Assembly: GCF_964204645.1 (NCBI RefSeq)
Contig: NC_134033.1
Location: 4,922,231-4,986,230 of the forward strand
Length of the DNA stretch: 64,000 bases
Reading direction: 5' to 3'
Source of the DNA: Tubulanus polymorphus
Taxonomy: Eukaryota > Animalia > Nemertea
Shown: positions 26,201-43,904 of the stretch, in pieces
Position numbering within the stretch: the stretch's first letter is position 1
How the letters are laid out: each line of letters opens with the position of its first letter
Notes under the pieces: model-generated
Databases searched by the model: none
What the model was told of the DNA's origin: nothing
What the model saw: the letters and a program-made list of their open reading frames with translations, nothing else
Made by a program: the position numbers and the translations under genes

Positions 26201-28834
26201 TGTAATAATGACAATCACTGTACGACTCGTTTCACAGATCTGTGTAACGAATCGGATGAACAAAGATGTTCGTTCAATTCTCCTCGCTGTTATTCCCGAC
26301 ACGAAAGGTGTATTTTAGAAAGGATGCCGATTGGTTTCCCGGTATGTAGAAATCTTGAACATATACTCGCGTGTAATGACTTCGAATGCGCGGCTGGTAC
26401 TGTAAAATGTCCGGCATCTTACTGTATACCAATCAGACACGTTTGTGACGGTCGATCCGATTGTCCAAATTCAGAAGATGAACGAAACTGCGAGACTTGG
26501 TCGTGTCCGGGAATGTTTAAATGTGGTCAGGAAAATCGATGTATTCCGCAATCTGAAGTTTGCGACGGTGTCGTAAATTGCAAACATAACTCAGATGACG
26601 AGTCATACTGTAAGGTCACGTGTCCTGAACGTTGTAATTGCCGGGGTCATTTCATCGATTGTGAAAACGCTCTTTTATCAGATATTAATGCTCGTTTTAT
26701 AGAATCAACTCGGGTTTTGATTTTGTCGAATAACCGAGTCGTATTTAACGAGTCGACGTTCAACTCTTTCATTTATCTTCGTTTTCTCGATATTTCGGGC
26801 AATAATTTGTCTTACATCGTTCCAAACGCGTTTTCTAATTTAAACAATCTATACACATTAGACCTTACTCACAACCGCATAACATCATTATCTGCTAATA
26901 CATTCGCAGGTTTGATCAGTTTAAAACAACTATTTCTTATCGGAAATACGCTGCAACATTTAGAAGACGGTTGTTTCCGAGGTCTGACGTCACTTACTGT
27001 TCTCGATCTTCACGGTCTTTCTATATCGGTTCTCGGTGAAAATGTATTTAAAGGTTTATCCGCATTACAGTCGTTAAATATCAGCAGTAACAGAATACAT
27101 TATATTTCCAGTTATGCTTTTTACGGATTGGTTGGACTTGAAATTCTAGATCTAGTCAAAAATGCCGAAGTGATATTTGTAAAAAGAAACGTTCTTGGCG
27201 ATCTTACATCACTGAAATACATCGCTTCGGATGCTTACAAATTTTGCTGCATGGCACCGAATGTTGACCGATGTCTTCCCGAACCTGATCAATTTTCAAC
27301 CTGTTCTGACCTGATGGGTAACGCTGTACTGAGGGCCATCATCTGGATGATCGCATCTTTCAGTTTTCTCGCTAACAGTATCGTTATCTTATTTCGCGTC
27401 CAAGCTTTGCGGATGGAATCCACCCGAACACGTAACACATCTTCAGATATCTACATCATTAATATTGCCGGTTGTGATTTTCTGATGTCGGCCTATTTGT
27501 TTGTGATTGCAGGAGCTGACCACGCGTTCAAAGGCGTTTATTATCTGAATTCTGAAGCTTGGACAGATAGCACATTATGCCGTCTCGCCGGGGTTATTGT
27601 CACCGTTTCCTGCGAAGGTTCATTGACTTTTCTCTTAATTCTAACGCGTCAGAGATATTCAAACATCGTCAACCCGTTTTCTAGAAGTCCGATTATAACT
27701 CCGAAATACGTTATCGGTATTTGCTGCATCTGTTGGCTCGTTATAAGCACAGTTTCTATTCTACCGCTGTCATCGTCGTCTTACTTCGGAGACAATTTTT
27801 ACGGTACAACCGGAGTTTGTTTGCCTATGAATTTATTGACGATCGACGTCAATGGCTGGCAATATTCATTCGCTATTTTTGCCTTGTTTAATGCGGCCAT
27901 ATTGGCTACCATAATGATGACGTACGCTCAGATGTATAGACTCGTATCTGGAAGTAGGTCGGGCTCGGGTAGAGCCGATCCTACCGAACTGGTTTTAGCT
28001 CGAAGGAGTTAAGTAATCAATCTTTGTAATTTATTTTGCTGGCTACCGATAATAATCGTTCAGTTTTGCGCCGTATTTTCGGTCGAGATACCGAACCAGG
28101 TGGCAGCTTGGCTGGCCGTTCTATTTTTACCGATCAACTCGTCTCTGAATCCGCTTCTTTATACCATACTGACGATCGATATGAAATCAATTAGAACGAG
28201 ATATAAACGTCAACAAAAGAACTAGATTAATAACACTTCAGTAGCAATAAAGGAGCTTTTAAACGAATCGTTTTAGTGTTCTCGGTCGCACACCAAACTC
28301 TAGTAATGAATCTAAAGAACAAAGGACATTAACGATGACCTTTGGGCCCATGGTCCATTCAGTTTTTTTATCACAACTTTCTTCGTAGCTATTAGATTAA
28401 TTGTAGATTGTTTGTTAAATGCAATGTTATTTACTTTAGGTGCGGATTTAACGGGCTCGGCGAGCCCTTTACTGGCCAGTGCAATTGAAATAAACGATTA
28501 CATAGATGACGACTTATTAATTTATGAATGTATTCACTGATGTAGTGAAAGCGTGTGTGTGTGAGAGTGATAGGTTTCATTTTTCTTTTAGGGCGGCACG
28601 GCTCCGATAGATCATTGTGATCTCTTCGTGTAGCCCACATTTTCTTGTTACATTTTGTCACTGTATATTATGCGATATCAATAATGTAATAATGTAACAA
28701 CAAAAATAAATACCATACTACTTTACTAAATATGCCACCGGATGAAATTATTTTTCAGCCACCACCGAACCGTATGGCGACCGATTCGGGTAAACGAAAT
28801 TGCCAAGTTAAAGAAAGTGCAACATACCCCATGC

Positions 28835-29140
28835 CAAATATCACAAGCATTCAATATCATGATTGATATATGCAATCAATTTTCAATAGAATACGAAGTC
28901 AAGTTTAACACTGAACAGACTATATATTTTATCTACTTTTTCTTCCCTGGGAGGATCAGAATCCTTGAAAGTCACAGTGTTTTATTTCACAAGGCCATAT
29001 CATTTAAGTATCAAAAACTGGTATGCACTTGGGTAATATGATCGCTACCGATGAGACAGACTCTCAACGGATGTACCACGCAATATGTGATTTAAACAGA
29101 ATAGTGGATATATTTCACTCACAATTTAATCATGTTAAGC
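28835..29140 (+). mobile_element. Decayed LINE reverse-transcriptase fragment
   Basis: QAFNIMIDICNQFSIEYEVKFNTEQT and HLGNMI resemble the post-YADD region of non-LTR RTs; frameshifted. Confidence 0.55.
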
Positions 29141-30281
29141 CCTTTATCAGATTTAATTTCGAAAGTTGACTATATTCGAGTATATTGGAGCGTTGCTCGC
29201 CACAGTTACATTTTCGGTAATCGGGTGATGATTCGAAGCGTTCAGATTCAACAGGTTTAAAGTTTATGATTATTTTTCCTAGTTTAATTCCGGTCACGAT
29301 AGAGTTTGATTGACAGGTACTTTTGTTGTTGATCACGCTTAATCAGTTATCAGAATAGAACACTAACTCACCATCTATCCACTAATTCTGGACGATGAAC
29401 AATTTGAAATTTGTTTTTCCCTGCCTCTGTCTCTCGCTCTGCCTCTGCCCCCTCTCCCTTTCCCTCTCCAATAATAAATATCACAGCTAGTGATAAACAT
29501 CACAGCTAGATACATCGTTTCAGAGCGATGTATAAATATTTTACCACATATTATACGAACGCACCAGCGAGCCGGCGATCATATCAGCGGATAAATCACT
29601 CGTAATAAATGCAAATAAAACCGCGATGATGAGTTATAAAAAACGTTTTAAACGAATCTGTATCGATACAACACCTCTCCACACATCAGCTCGTATGTAC
29701 GTACCAGTGCGCGACGTACTTGAACAGTCATTTTTATCGCGTTTTTCATCAGTGACTGTTTGTCACACAGTTCTGGGATCTAGCTACCAGTTGTACTTTA
29801 TCATCGCTGGCATTTCGTCAACTTCGGGAGCCGGTCGAACCCAGTTCCATAGTTGTCGTTACAATTTGATTATGTTGAATTTATGAATGTTAACGAATTA
29901 ATCTTGATCGTATATGATACAAAAAGAACTAAACATTTCTTGGCGAATACATTGGAAACTGATCGGGATCTCGGAGTGGAAAATCGACAACTGATTTTGA
30001 ATTTATAGCGAAACAATCGGAAAAAAACTTAAAAGTGACATGCTAAAACTGATTGTGACATTACAGATATTATCGTTGGACAATGAATAATGCAATCTGA
30101 TTGTAAGTTCTAAATCGTTGGAAAATTGAATTTGAATTTCTTTAGAAATTGACATATTGAAAACTGATTGTGACTTTCTTGTCGAATCATCGGAAACTAA
30201 TCGTGATTTTGAAGTGAAATCATTCCACTTCACAATCAAGTTGACCCAAGCGAACTTTTCAGGTGAACTTATCCGCGAATT

Positions 30282-33772
<3,491 letters not shown>

Positions 33773-34429
33773 ACGATTCGTCCATGAACCGGTGACAAAC
33801 ACCAGATAGCGCTACTAACAGTCGGTTTTGCGGCATTCCAAATTCAAACACATTTATAAATTTTGATACATTTAAACCCCGAATTTCAAATTGGCAAAAT
33901 CACTTTAAAACGGTGTTGATATACTGTATAGATCGGTGCTGTTGTATTTAGTAAATCGTTCATTTGTATAATCTTGTAAATAACCGTGTTATGTAAAAAA
34001 GTCTTTATTTTTCTCCTTAATATACGATTGTAAACAAAATTATTGGCCAAAAAACCACCAACCGACATCCGTATGACCCGTATTTTCCTGTTCCAAATCA
34101 TACAGTCGGGCTATGTGTTGTTTATATACCGATAAAACGTAAGACTCTTCGTAACTCTTGGAAATAAACACTTCGAACACAATATTAGAATCATTACATC
34201 CAATGATGCCAGTCAAATTTCTATGGTTTAATTGGAATTCAAACACCTGGTCACATTTGATTCGAGTTCAGATTGAGTCTACTGTCTACTTTGCTATAAC
34301 GAGGGTCCATATGTTCAAAACTAAGATTAAACCTATCCTAACGGCAGAGTCCTAATGAGAAACTGTTTAAAATCTCTACTCTACCGGATTATGTGAGCAG
34401 TTTTTCGATTATATTTTCCTTGAAGAGAT

Positions 34430-35075
34430 TTCAGCTCACACATGAGTCCTCTATCAGACCAGGTTGTTTTAGTCAGCACACACTTGATGCAATCAGGTCC
34501 TGTTGAAGTGAGGAAGGTCTGGAATCTGGAAACTGTATTTGTCGGTTTAGTAAATGCGCATTGGCAGCAATCAGATCCTGCACGGGTCAGGAAGGTCGTC
34601 TCTGAAAATGCAACCAAAGTTTAATTAGACTTAAATCAGCTTGAATACGACCTCACCTAAGTTTGACTTTTAGAATTGAAGTTAAATTGTCCGCTCACCA
34701 ATTCATGTGTGGATCTGCATGGATTATTTCGATCAGTTATCGTTTCCTTGGGAAATGTGACACCCGAGCTACAGCATAATATCTGTCCGGCCTTGTTGGT
34801 TTAGTCAGCAAACATTGACAGCATTCAGATCCTGAGAGAAGTAGAGCTTATCTGAAAAACAGGCAGTATTGATCTCAATGATAATTCTTAATTTGTCTCG
34901 AAACATGCACATTGTAATTTGTTATAGCCAGTATTAAAAACCCACAAATCCACTCACCACCAATTTCTGTGTGAAGCATCATGGATTATCTCAAAAATGT
35001 CTGGAGTTCACAGCGTCGGTTTACTCAGCTTCGGAGTATTGGCAGCAATAAGGTCCCGAGTGAGGAATGGCTGAT
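34430..35075 (-). other. Degenerate repeated Cys-rich exon-like units
   Basis: Four units resembling FLTxxG(S/P)(D/E)CCQCxxTKPT. Three are preceded by ttttcag acceptors and two are followed by a shared ataatccatg...aattg(gtg)|gtgag donor block on the minus strand. Some units contain stops or frameshifts. Confidence 0.4.
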
Positions 35076-35928
35076 CTGAAAAACCGACAATTTCATATTT
35101 CAGTACTGACTGGAAGAATCAATGTTTAAGTTTAGGTTGGATTCCCGAGTGAGAACCCAGAGACAGGGAGTCAATTAGATTAATTTATAAACGAGATGTG
35201 AACTGTCGAAAGCATCCCTCGGCAACTTCCCAAATTAGTCTTTAAATTAGTGGAAAAAAACTTATAGATCTCCCTTTTTACTTACCTAATCTCACGCAAG
35301 CACTGTACATATATGCGCGTGTATAGTGAATTCAACGCGTGTTAAGAATTAATCCTATGCCGGTTAAATTTCAAATCGAAAGGTATTCATTGAATTCAGA
35401 GATCGAGGACAATAACCGGACACAATATGAACTGAGTTTGTCATGATGCGGTGCAAGGGACACGAGAACCACTGGCTAGATAATACCAGACTGACCCTGT
35501 TAATATTTTAACTTCAGAAACCTAACTAATATATGAAGTAGATATAATATCTGATATTCTACACGTCCTCGTTAAAATGATATTTCTATACAGTAAATTA
35601 AATCCTTTCAAAATTGAGTTAACAGAAAAATCACTTTGCAATACAATCTGTTATTTACATTTCCATTGTCTATAACTCGAATTGTCACTGAAATCAAACA
35701 CACATCATAGAACTCTTGGAATTGATTTCATCAAATAAAATGAATTAAGATGATATCATCATAGGAAATATGCAATACATTCAACAAATCAAATGTCCAT
35801 TGTCTGTAACTTGTTAGAACTGTCTTAGCACCAGCAACAGCAGTAGTAGTAATAGTAGCCAAGCAGGAAATACTGTTATTTGTATTTATGAATTCAAGTC
35901 ATCCAGATGATAAATAGAGGCTACTTTA

Positions 35929-36092
35929 ACTTTTCTCATGATTCTCAACTCGTCAGAGATATTCAAATATCGTCAACCCGTTTTCTAGAAGTCCAATTAT
36001 AACTCCGAAATACGTTATCGGTATTTGCTGCATTTGTTGGTTCGTTATAAGCACAGTTTCTATTCTACCGCTCTGTCATCGTCGTCTTACTT
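35929..36092 (+). pseudogene. Second orphan GRL101-like 7TM fragment (TM3-TM4)
   Basis: Matches FLxILTRQRYSNIVNPFSRSPIITPKYVIG...SSSY, with indels; ends about 35 bp before the upstream homology block of copy C. Confidence 0.9.
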
Positions 36093-36641
36093 GGATTGAG
36101 TTGTTTCCTCAGAAAGTCTGCAGAGAAAAAGTCCTTACCCGCCACAATCAGATATCCATGCGCTTCGCTTTGCTTCAACTCAGTTATCATATTGACTGTA
36201 GAGTGTGAGAATTGTCAAAACAGATGTTGACGAAGTGTTTTACAGAGACGCAGAATATATAAATTAATATAGAAAAATAATTATCGAATATTGTCAAATC
36301 TGGTTCGGATATCAAAACGCAGTTCGAAAGCTACAGTCAATATTTTTAGCGAAATAATTGCGCATGATTATAAACACGATATATTGAAACACGTCTAAAT
36401 TTAGAAACCGCGGTAATTACAGCGAAACCGAAAACAGATGGAAGTTTCACAAAATACGAGACTGGTGCCAGTTTGATTTGGTCTTTACAAAATAATTGGA
36501 CACTGGATCAATTCGTCAACATCTGCCATTGGCAAATTCGTTGTAACTTCGTTATAACTGCAGCTATTCTTTTGAGAAATGTCGTGCGAACTTGGAAATA
36601 GTTAGAAATGTGTTTGTTTTGAAGCGTGAATTCTGCTCAAT

Positions 36642-39600
36642 ATGCAGCGAATGAAAGCGTTGTTCGTAGTTTTACTGATCGCTCGCGGAGACTGTATATT
36701 TACGCGGGCTGATCGCGCAAACTCTGTCGAGGAAGCCGCGTCTGTTACAGTCAGTTCATCTTGTAAGAAGACTCAATACTCCGTCGATTCTACGTCCGGT
36801 TACATCGTTTCACCGAACTATCCCTCGTTAGTGCACGGTGTTGAATGTCGTTGGTTCGTCGACAGCTCTTTACCGGGAAGTTTTCTCGTTCAAGTTTACA
36901 ACGACATCGAGCCGTCGATATTCTGTAACGAGAACTGCCCTCTCATCGGTAAATCCGACAACAAACTCTGCGCTACCAGTAGAAAACCACTTGAAATCGG
37001 CAGTAACGATTTGATTTCGTTGTTGTTTAGGAGTAACGTCGATGGAGCGCGAGGTAGTCGGGTTCATATCATATATCGTTTTCTAGAACAGAGTCGCTTG
37101 AAAATCGAATATAAATGCATTATTTATTAACGGTGGAGTAAAAGAATTACCAACTCAAACAGGTTATAAATTCACGATTTCTACCTCTCGGTGTATATTG
37201 TTGTTAGAATGGATCGGGAAGCCAGACGGGTTTGCAATGAATTTAACGTTTATACAGTTAGATTTCAGATTAAAACCAGGAGAGTATCCAATGAAAACTC
37301 GTCCTCAAATTTACGACGGATGGAACAGCTCCAGTGAACCTATAGCTCTTATACTAGAACAAACCGGACATCCACCTTCGTCGTGTTATACTAAAACTTA
37401 TAAAGCACGTATTGAATTCATTTCAACTAGATCTTGGTTTCAGTCGCAGTTACTCATGCGAGTTTACAAAATATAATTTTGGAACATCTCTAACCCGTTA
37501 ATTCAAATCTATAATAAATCAGGACTGCTCGCTACAATTGATGGAATACCACATATAGTAACTAAGTCTAAACACTTATACTGCTGGTCTATCACAGTCG
37601 ATGTTCTGCAGTACGTCATCTTCAACTGGACACGTGATCTCGTCTCGTCACCAGGTGTCGTTGGTGTATATAAACAGGAAGGGTTACGTATTGTGAGAAC
37701 TGATATTTTACTCAGTTTTAACCATCTTATATCTCTGAGTGTAAAATCAGACGGATTTCTCGTGATTCTGTGCGTTTTAACGACATCGTATTTTTTTAAA
37801 TCATATTTGAAAATAGAATTCGAAGTGAAATCAATGAAAATATCAGACGACCACGTCAACAAGCCAAGGATATCGGTAAATTAAAAACAATGATTTGTAA
37901 ATTAGGTTCGTGTAATAGAATCATTGTAATAATCTATGATTTTGATGGCGATTTGACGAGTGAAACTTTGCCGAGAAACTTGGAATAACAACGTTATGTG
38001 TGACCCAAAGCACATGTTGTTTACGCGGAGTAATTATGATGATTAGTGGAAGAATTTAAATTATTTTGGATTACAACTAGAACTATTATCGATATTTTCA
38101 GTTTGTGAGTGGTTTGAAATTGTCGTATTGTAAACATTCAATACTGTAATCAATTCTCTTATATTTCAGCATTCAATCACAAAGTTTGTGATTGAATGCT
38201 GAAATATAAGAACTCAATATCAGCTAATCGATTGTTCCCAAGATCAAAGACTACATTTTATCGTGTAACTACATTACAACTAAACTGGAAAGTGAACATC
38301 TATGAAGAACGGTTGAAACTAACAGCGCTATCAGAAAACTGTGATCGAGCTGGTTTTTATAATTTTGATGGTATAATTTCACAGCTAGACGCTATGGTCC
38401 GTATTGTCCTGGTTCATACTACGGTCGATCTGTCGTCAGCCTGATTACATCAGGTGGACCGGTTACTGTAGTAGCATACGCTTATTACTATAACAATCAG
38501 TTAACAGTTGGTTGTCCTAGCAGGTCATCTCTTGAATTTGCTCCTACTGATTGTGATGGTTATGTTCTACAAGAAGAAGAACGTCAGATCGATATGACGT
38601 CACACTGTCTCGTGATTACACCTGAAAATCGACGCCATCGCTTGAAAAATATTCACATATTATCAGAACACGAATATCAAATTGACCGATGTTTTCTCAA
38701 GATGACATTATTATGTGATCAGTTTCTGAGTTTGAGTAATCAGTTTCTTAATAACAGTCTTGTATTAAACATTGTAGATTTCACAGTTAATGAGCGGTTC
38801 CTGAACTTCGCTGAAAAAGCTGAAACACTGAAAAGCTGAAACGCTGAAATAAAAACGCTGAAATTTCAGGGAATTTCCGAAAAACGCCAAAATTTCAGGG
38901 AATTCCCGAAAAACGCTGAAATCGTGCTAGGTACCGACAATACACGTTTTGAAATGTTTTCCGGGCTGGTGTCCGCTGCCGAGTCCTGAACCGTGTTTTA
39001 TGCTCTACCTTCGGTTACAGAGACATGCCTTAAGGTCGTCGTCATGACCGACTTGATCGATTGCGGATTGCGTGGATTGTTAGATGTGTTTTTTGCCATA
39101 GTTTTATGTGCATATACCGGTACGGTCTAACAATGAAGTTATCACTTCATTTGAATAAATTCTTAATCACAGTAATATTAATTCACAATATTTTTTCTTA
39201 TGTTTGGTGATTTCTTGCAACTTATCATTGCCAAGTCTCATACAAGTAGTAGCTGAATGAAAGTACAGTTAGGCTGAACCTGATAACCCAAATTAAGTGC
39301 TAGCATGGAACTAATGATTATTTTGATTCTATTTTCGGTGTCATTGAAATTCGTTAATAAAGGTTTTAACCGTCATAGTATACTGTACTTAGCATTGCTA
39401 CAATTGGGTGCCATATTTCTACAATTTCTACAAGGAGGAAGGAATCTTTAAGTGTCTTTGTTCCCGGGTAGGGTACGGGGTAAAACCTGGTTTACTTTCT
39501 CCTTCGACTTGCCGGAGACTACTATCTGCAATGTATTGCATGCTTTGATGTGTCTGGCCTATAGGAGTCGAACGATATTTTTTTCCCATACACAGGCATG

Positions 39601-41439
39601 GCTTTAGTGTAGATGAAGGCTAGGCACTGCACATTGTGGATTGACTGGAACTCTTAACTCACAAAATTAAACGAGTCAACAAGAAAGATCCAATAATTGG
39701 ACATTTGTCTAACTATATTATTTAACAGCTTGAAATAACACATTCTGCAAGAGTATACAAAGGAAATCAGTTCTTACATTATATCAGAATCAATAGTTCG
39801 CTTAACTCTGGCTAGAATTCTGGTTCCATTGCTTCATATTATTGAAATAGCATTCGAATAGCCATCTTATTTTTAAAAATTGTGTCGTTCAGCTATCCTG
39901 CTGCAAATTTCGCAGTTGAAGTTTACTGGTGCCATCTGATTTCTCAGTATCTCAAAAAATTTGCACATTCTAAGCCTGAATCTAAAAATAGAAAAAGGTG
40001 CATTTTAGTCGGATATAAAAGAATAGTGGCTAATACACCCTGGACTATATAGCCTATGGGGTGGGCCTAGTTTGAAAGCACTGAGGTCCGAGAGAACAGC
40101 ACTTAGTAAATAAATACTGAAATTAAACTTACAAAACACCCAGTACTTGAGATGATGTACTTGACAAGAAGTGTCACCAGCTAAGCATATCAACTTTGTC
40201 TATGACTCCTCCTTTTATAGATTCAGTAGTAGTCTAAAAATAAGAATCGGTACATTTTTCTAACAGTCGGTATGTCATTTCTTCAAAAAAACTAATTATT
40301 ATCACGCCACAGCAAATAAATTATTCACAGTTGTTGAATGGTTAGCCCGATTTAGATTAATTGGTTGACGCTAATCAGTATGACCCATACGTAGGGGCCT
40401 ACTGCATGCCATTGGCGTCAATCCATTCCATTCCATTCCACAGTGAATTAAAAAGAAATTTAGTTAGATCCCTTATGTCCAAAAGCTGCATCATTTATAT
40501 AACTAACTGTCAAATTTAATTTACCTCCTTCAGAGAATACCATAGTCCGTGGCCCATCAACGTGTTGACAAAAGAAAAGTTGCTCCATGTTTTATACATG
40601 AACGTTCAAATAAGATATTTTGCGTCTTGCAGGGAATATTGAGCATAGTGTTTAAGTTGGCTTGCACGGTTTGTGAATGGGTTTTCCTCATTATGCTGCC
40701 TGTATGCATTAAAAATCCGGATTTCAAGCGAATTAATTTGTCCAACAAGTGGCCCTCTAGAAGTATACTCCACACATACTGTCCATGCGTGTCTCTGTAA
40801 CCGAAGGTAGAGACTAAAACACGGTTCAGGACTCGGGAGCGGACACCGGCCCGGAAAATATTTCAAAACGTGTATTGTTGGTACCTAGCACGATTTCAGC
40901 GTTTTTCGGTAATTCCCTGAAATTTCGGCGTTTTTCGGAAATTCCCTGAAATTTCAGCGTTTTTATTTCTGCGTTTCAGCATTTCAGTGATTCAGCTTTT
41001 TCAGCGAAGTTCAGGAACCGGTTAACGAGTTTGTATTCTGGCAGGAACCACTGATAGTTAAACTACGTTGTCAATGTCGGGGAGTGAAAAAAGCGCATAA
41101 GTTTTGGATTTGCCGGTTCCCGTCTCCCAGTTGCTACTAAAGATAAATGTGGACTCGTGCAGTCACCGAACTACCCGGGTTCGGCAGGAAGTACATCTAA
41201 ATCTTTTTTCTACGAATTTGAAAAACCCGATACAACATAATATATTTCAATATTTCAGATTTATCGTCAAATCTATTGGATCAGTTTCATGTGAAACAAA
41301 CAACGTGGATGCGAATGATCCGATCATTTTGATACACAGCTGATAAAGTAATACCTCTTCCAAAATGGAAAACTGTTCAAATTTATAAGGACCCAACACA
41401 AAACTTTAATATGTGAAAATAACGCGGTTCGTGAACTTA
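36642..41439 (+). pseudogene. GRL101-like LGR receptor copy C (3'-truncated, disabled)
   Basis: Exon 1 is 36642-37875, with a disruption and stop at about 37128 and TAA at 37474. Exon 2 starts at about 38170-38230, has a frameshift at about 38372 and a 2.2-kb transposon insertion. Homology stops at about 41439 after ENNAVR; the CTL, LDLa, LRR and 7TM regions are absent. Confidence 0.9.
38795..41020. mobile_element. Non-autonomous Mutator-like (MULE) DNA transposon, 2226 bp
   Basis: About 230-bp TIRs (38795-39025 / 40790-41020) begin cggttcctgaacttcgctgaaaaagctgaa and contain internal sub-repeats. 9-bp TSD gttaatgag / gttaacgag; the uninterrupted site cagttaatgagtttgg is present in copy A. 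No intact transposase ORF. Confidence 0.88.
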
Positions 41440-42057
41440 GTGTAACTAGATTTTTTTTAGTAAGTATGAGCTTTGTCGAGAACTTTATGGTAATTTTATG
41501 AGACAAGGAATTCTTTACATAGATAAAGAAGGATTTTCAACAAGGATAGACACAAAATAGATATAATTGTCGAACAGATATGTAAATAGATATAATATAG
41601 TATTATGCACAATCAGACTTTATGCTGAAAAACCATCGTGAAAATTACAGCTGGCATCAACTGTGTGTAACGAATCACAAAAGACGAGAATGATAAAGTT
41701 AGAAAAGTCACTTTTTATGTTAAAAGTTCATTGGTTATCTCGCTTGCCGCAAACCCTTTACGTTTTTGGCATCGTTTGATATCTATGACGTCATGCCAAT
41801 GCTAATTCAATTGATCGAAAGTCGTTACAAAAAAGTGCCGACGCTTCTCATTTTTGTAGTAACTACAAATTGAATCTCCGTTTACGTTGAATATTAGACA
41901 CAGCTGAAAATGACTCAATATAATGTTTCGATTATTCCCTACAACAAAGCGTCGCCAGATTTATGATTTAATGGTCCAAAAAAAATATTTCATCGCATAT
42001 TTGCTCATTAATTGCTGCTTATATGCATGTATAACTGGCTTAGATTCATAAATCTAA

Positions 42058-42698
42058 AAATGATACTTTTGGGTATAACGAGGTCATGCGCCAGAATGTC
42101 AGTAGATGGCGCCAAGTACATGTAAATATAGTCATCCTGGGGGACCCAGATATAATTTTGAAAAAAATTAAAGTCATTCAAAAGGAAAGAATTAGTTTGA
42201 CAGTTAATATGCACAAAATATACTTTTGCAATAAATGGAATATGTTTGTTGAACGAAGACCAACCGATAGAAGTTTAAAAAAGCCCCGCATTAGATTCTG
42301 CTCTGGACGGTTAAATAATCGAAAAGAAACCTAAATTCTACCCATCGCAACAGTTGAACACGATCCTGCCCTGATGGAAAAAAAATCGACACCACCTAAT
42401 TTCTTATATCCACCACAGCAGACACGTGTGTTTGTTTTCTTCCGCTGCGGATGCGCTGTGAGATCTGCTGTGGCCGATAGAAAAGCTCCCAGTTAAATAA
42501 AAGGCGAACTATCTCCTGGTTTCCCAAATATCTGTCATTTTATGAAGATCTCGCAAGGTGCTAGTCGAAACGTCGAAACAGCTAAAATGATAACGCTGAA
42601 AGAATTATTTCCGGGTTACCAGGATGACATAATTTATACATATGTGGCACCATCTACTGACAGTTCGGCGCATGACTTCGCGGCGCCAAAATTTCATT
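42058..42698. mobile_element. Older MITE-like element with about 100-bp diverged inverted repeats
   Basis: gtcatgcgccagaatgtcagtagatggcgcca...gtcatcctgg (42083-42140) is the reverse complement of ccaggatgac...tggcaccatctactgacagttcggcgcatgac (42619-42676). Confidence 0.65.
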
Positions 42699-43904
42699 GC
42701 GTCGTGGAATTGTCTTTTTCGCTAGGTGAAACAAAACATCAGCTTTTCGGCGGAGATTGTCGTTCATATATTTGTTTACGTCTGTTAGGCTCGTAGGTCT
42801 CTATTACGACTGATGATGTAATCTTTTCCCAATCTTTTCGTATTTTGTCTATTCTATGTCTCATACTATACCCCTTTGTTGACGTATTGCTGTAATGTTT
42901 TATTATAAAATTGTAATAGCGTCAAAAAAGATCGAATTGAATTGGTATCACGCTGATCCTTGCTGACATTGCTAAAAGGAAAATACCAGAAAATACGTAA
43001 AACTTTACAATCCATCATCGTATACGTTTATTCTTTTTCGCAGCAAATAATCGACACGTCGATTTAAGAGTTTATAGATATCATAATTCGCGGAATTCTG
43101 CAAAATCCATCAAATTAAGAAGAATTCTTTTCATTCCTCCACCCAGGGTTGGTTTTTTATTTGTTTCATTGTCGATCTTAATTTCCAGTTTTAACGATTT
43201 TTAAAAAAGTAAGTTTTATTCATTTTTACAGCTCAATTGTAAACTGATCACAATTTTAATTTTTAAATCTTTTTTTTACATTTCTCCGGTGATTCAACGT
43301 GGAATTATACGAATAATGATAATAGAAGTTTCATTTTCCCGGTATCTCATTTCAACATACCTTTGAGCATTTTTCGAAATATTTATTCCATTAATTTGCT
43401 CTCTCATTCTCTTAGTGAAATCCGTACTCCAAACAGCCAATAAGTCTTAGCACGGCTCCTCCGCGAATCTGCCTACGGTCTAAAACCTGTAGTGTTCAAC
43501 CTTCCTAAGGTAAGCTTCCGACATCTCACTAAGTTTCTCTTTGAGTTCCGCTTTAACATATTTCTCAACGAATTGCTGTTTATTTTTCTGTCGTTTTGGA
43601 CTCATTCCCGCACGGTGGACATGGGTGACCTGCTAATTCGACAATCATACCAACGATAAGAAACGTGTGATGATAAGCGCTGTTATTGATTTCAGCTCAC
43701 TTGCCTGATCATAGCATCTTCACCGGTATGCTGTATATAAATGTGTAGTTTTAATCATTTGACTCATTTGCATTACACCTGATCCCGAAAACGTACATCT
43801 TTAATAAACTGTTCTTCATTAGAAAATGGGATTTTTTGACGCCTTATAAACGTTACCATTATGAAACCTAAACAATGCTAACCATTCAGCGTCATTTTAC
43901 AAAC

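Larger units (their letters stand above)
20157..28225 (+). pseudogene. GRL101-like LGR receptor copy B (full length, two lesions)
   Basis: Exons 20157-21358, 23533-24882 and 24971-28225. A 28-bp deletion with GAT microhomology at about 20530 frameshifts exon 1. TTA>TAA at 28010-28012 truncates before TM6, although the frame stays open downstream to TAG at 28223-28225. Confidence 0.92.

Noticed and set aside
28010-28012. Programmed stop-codon readthrough in copy B
   Set aside because: Simple TTA>TAA change unique to B, which also carries an upstream frameshift.
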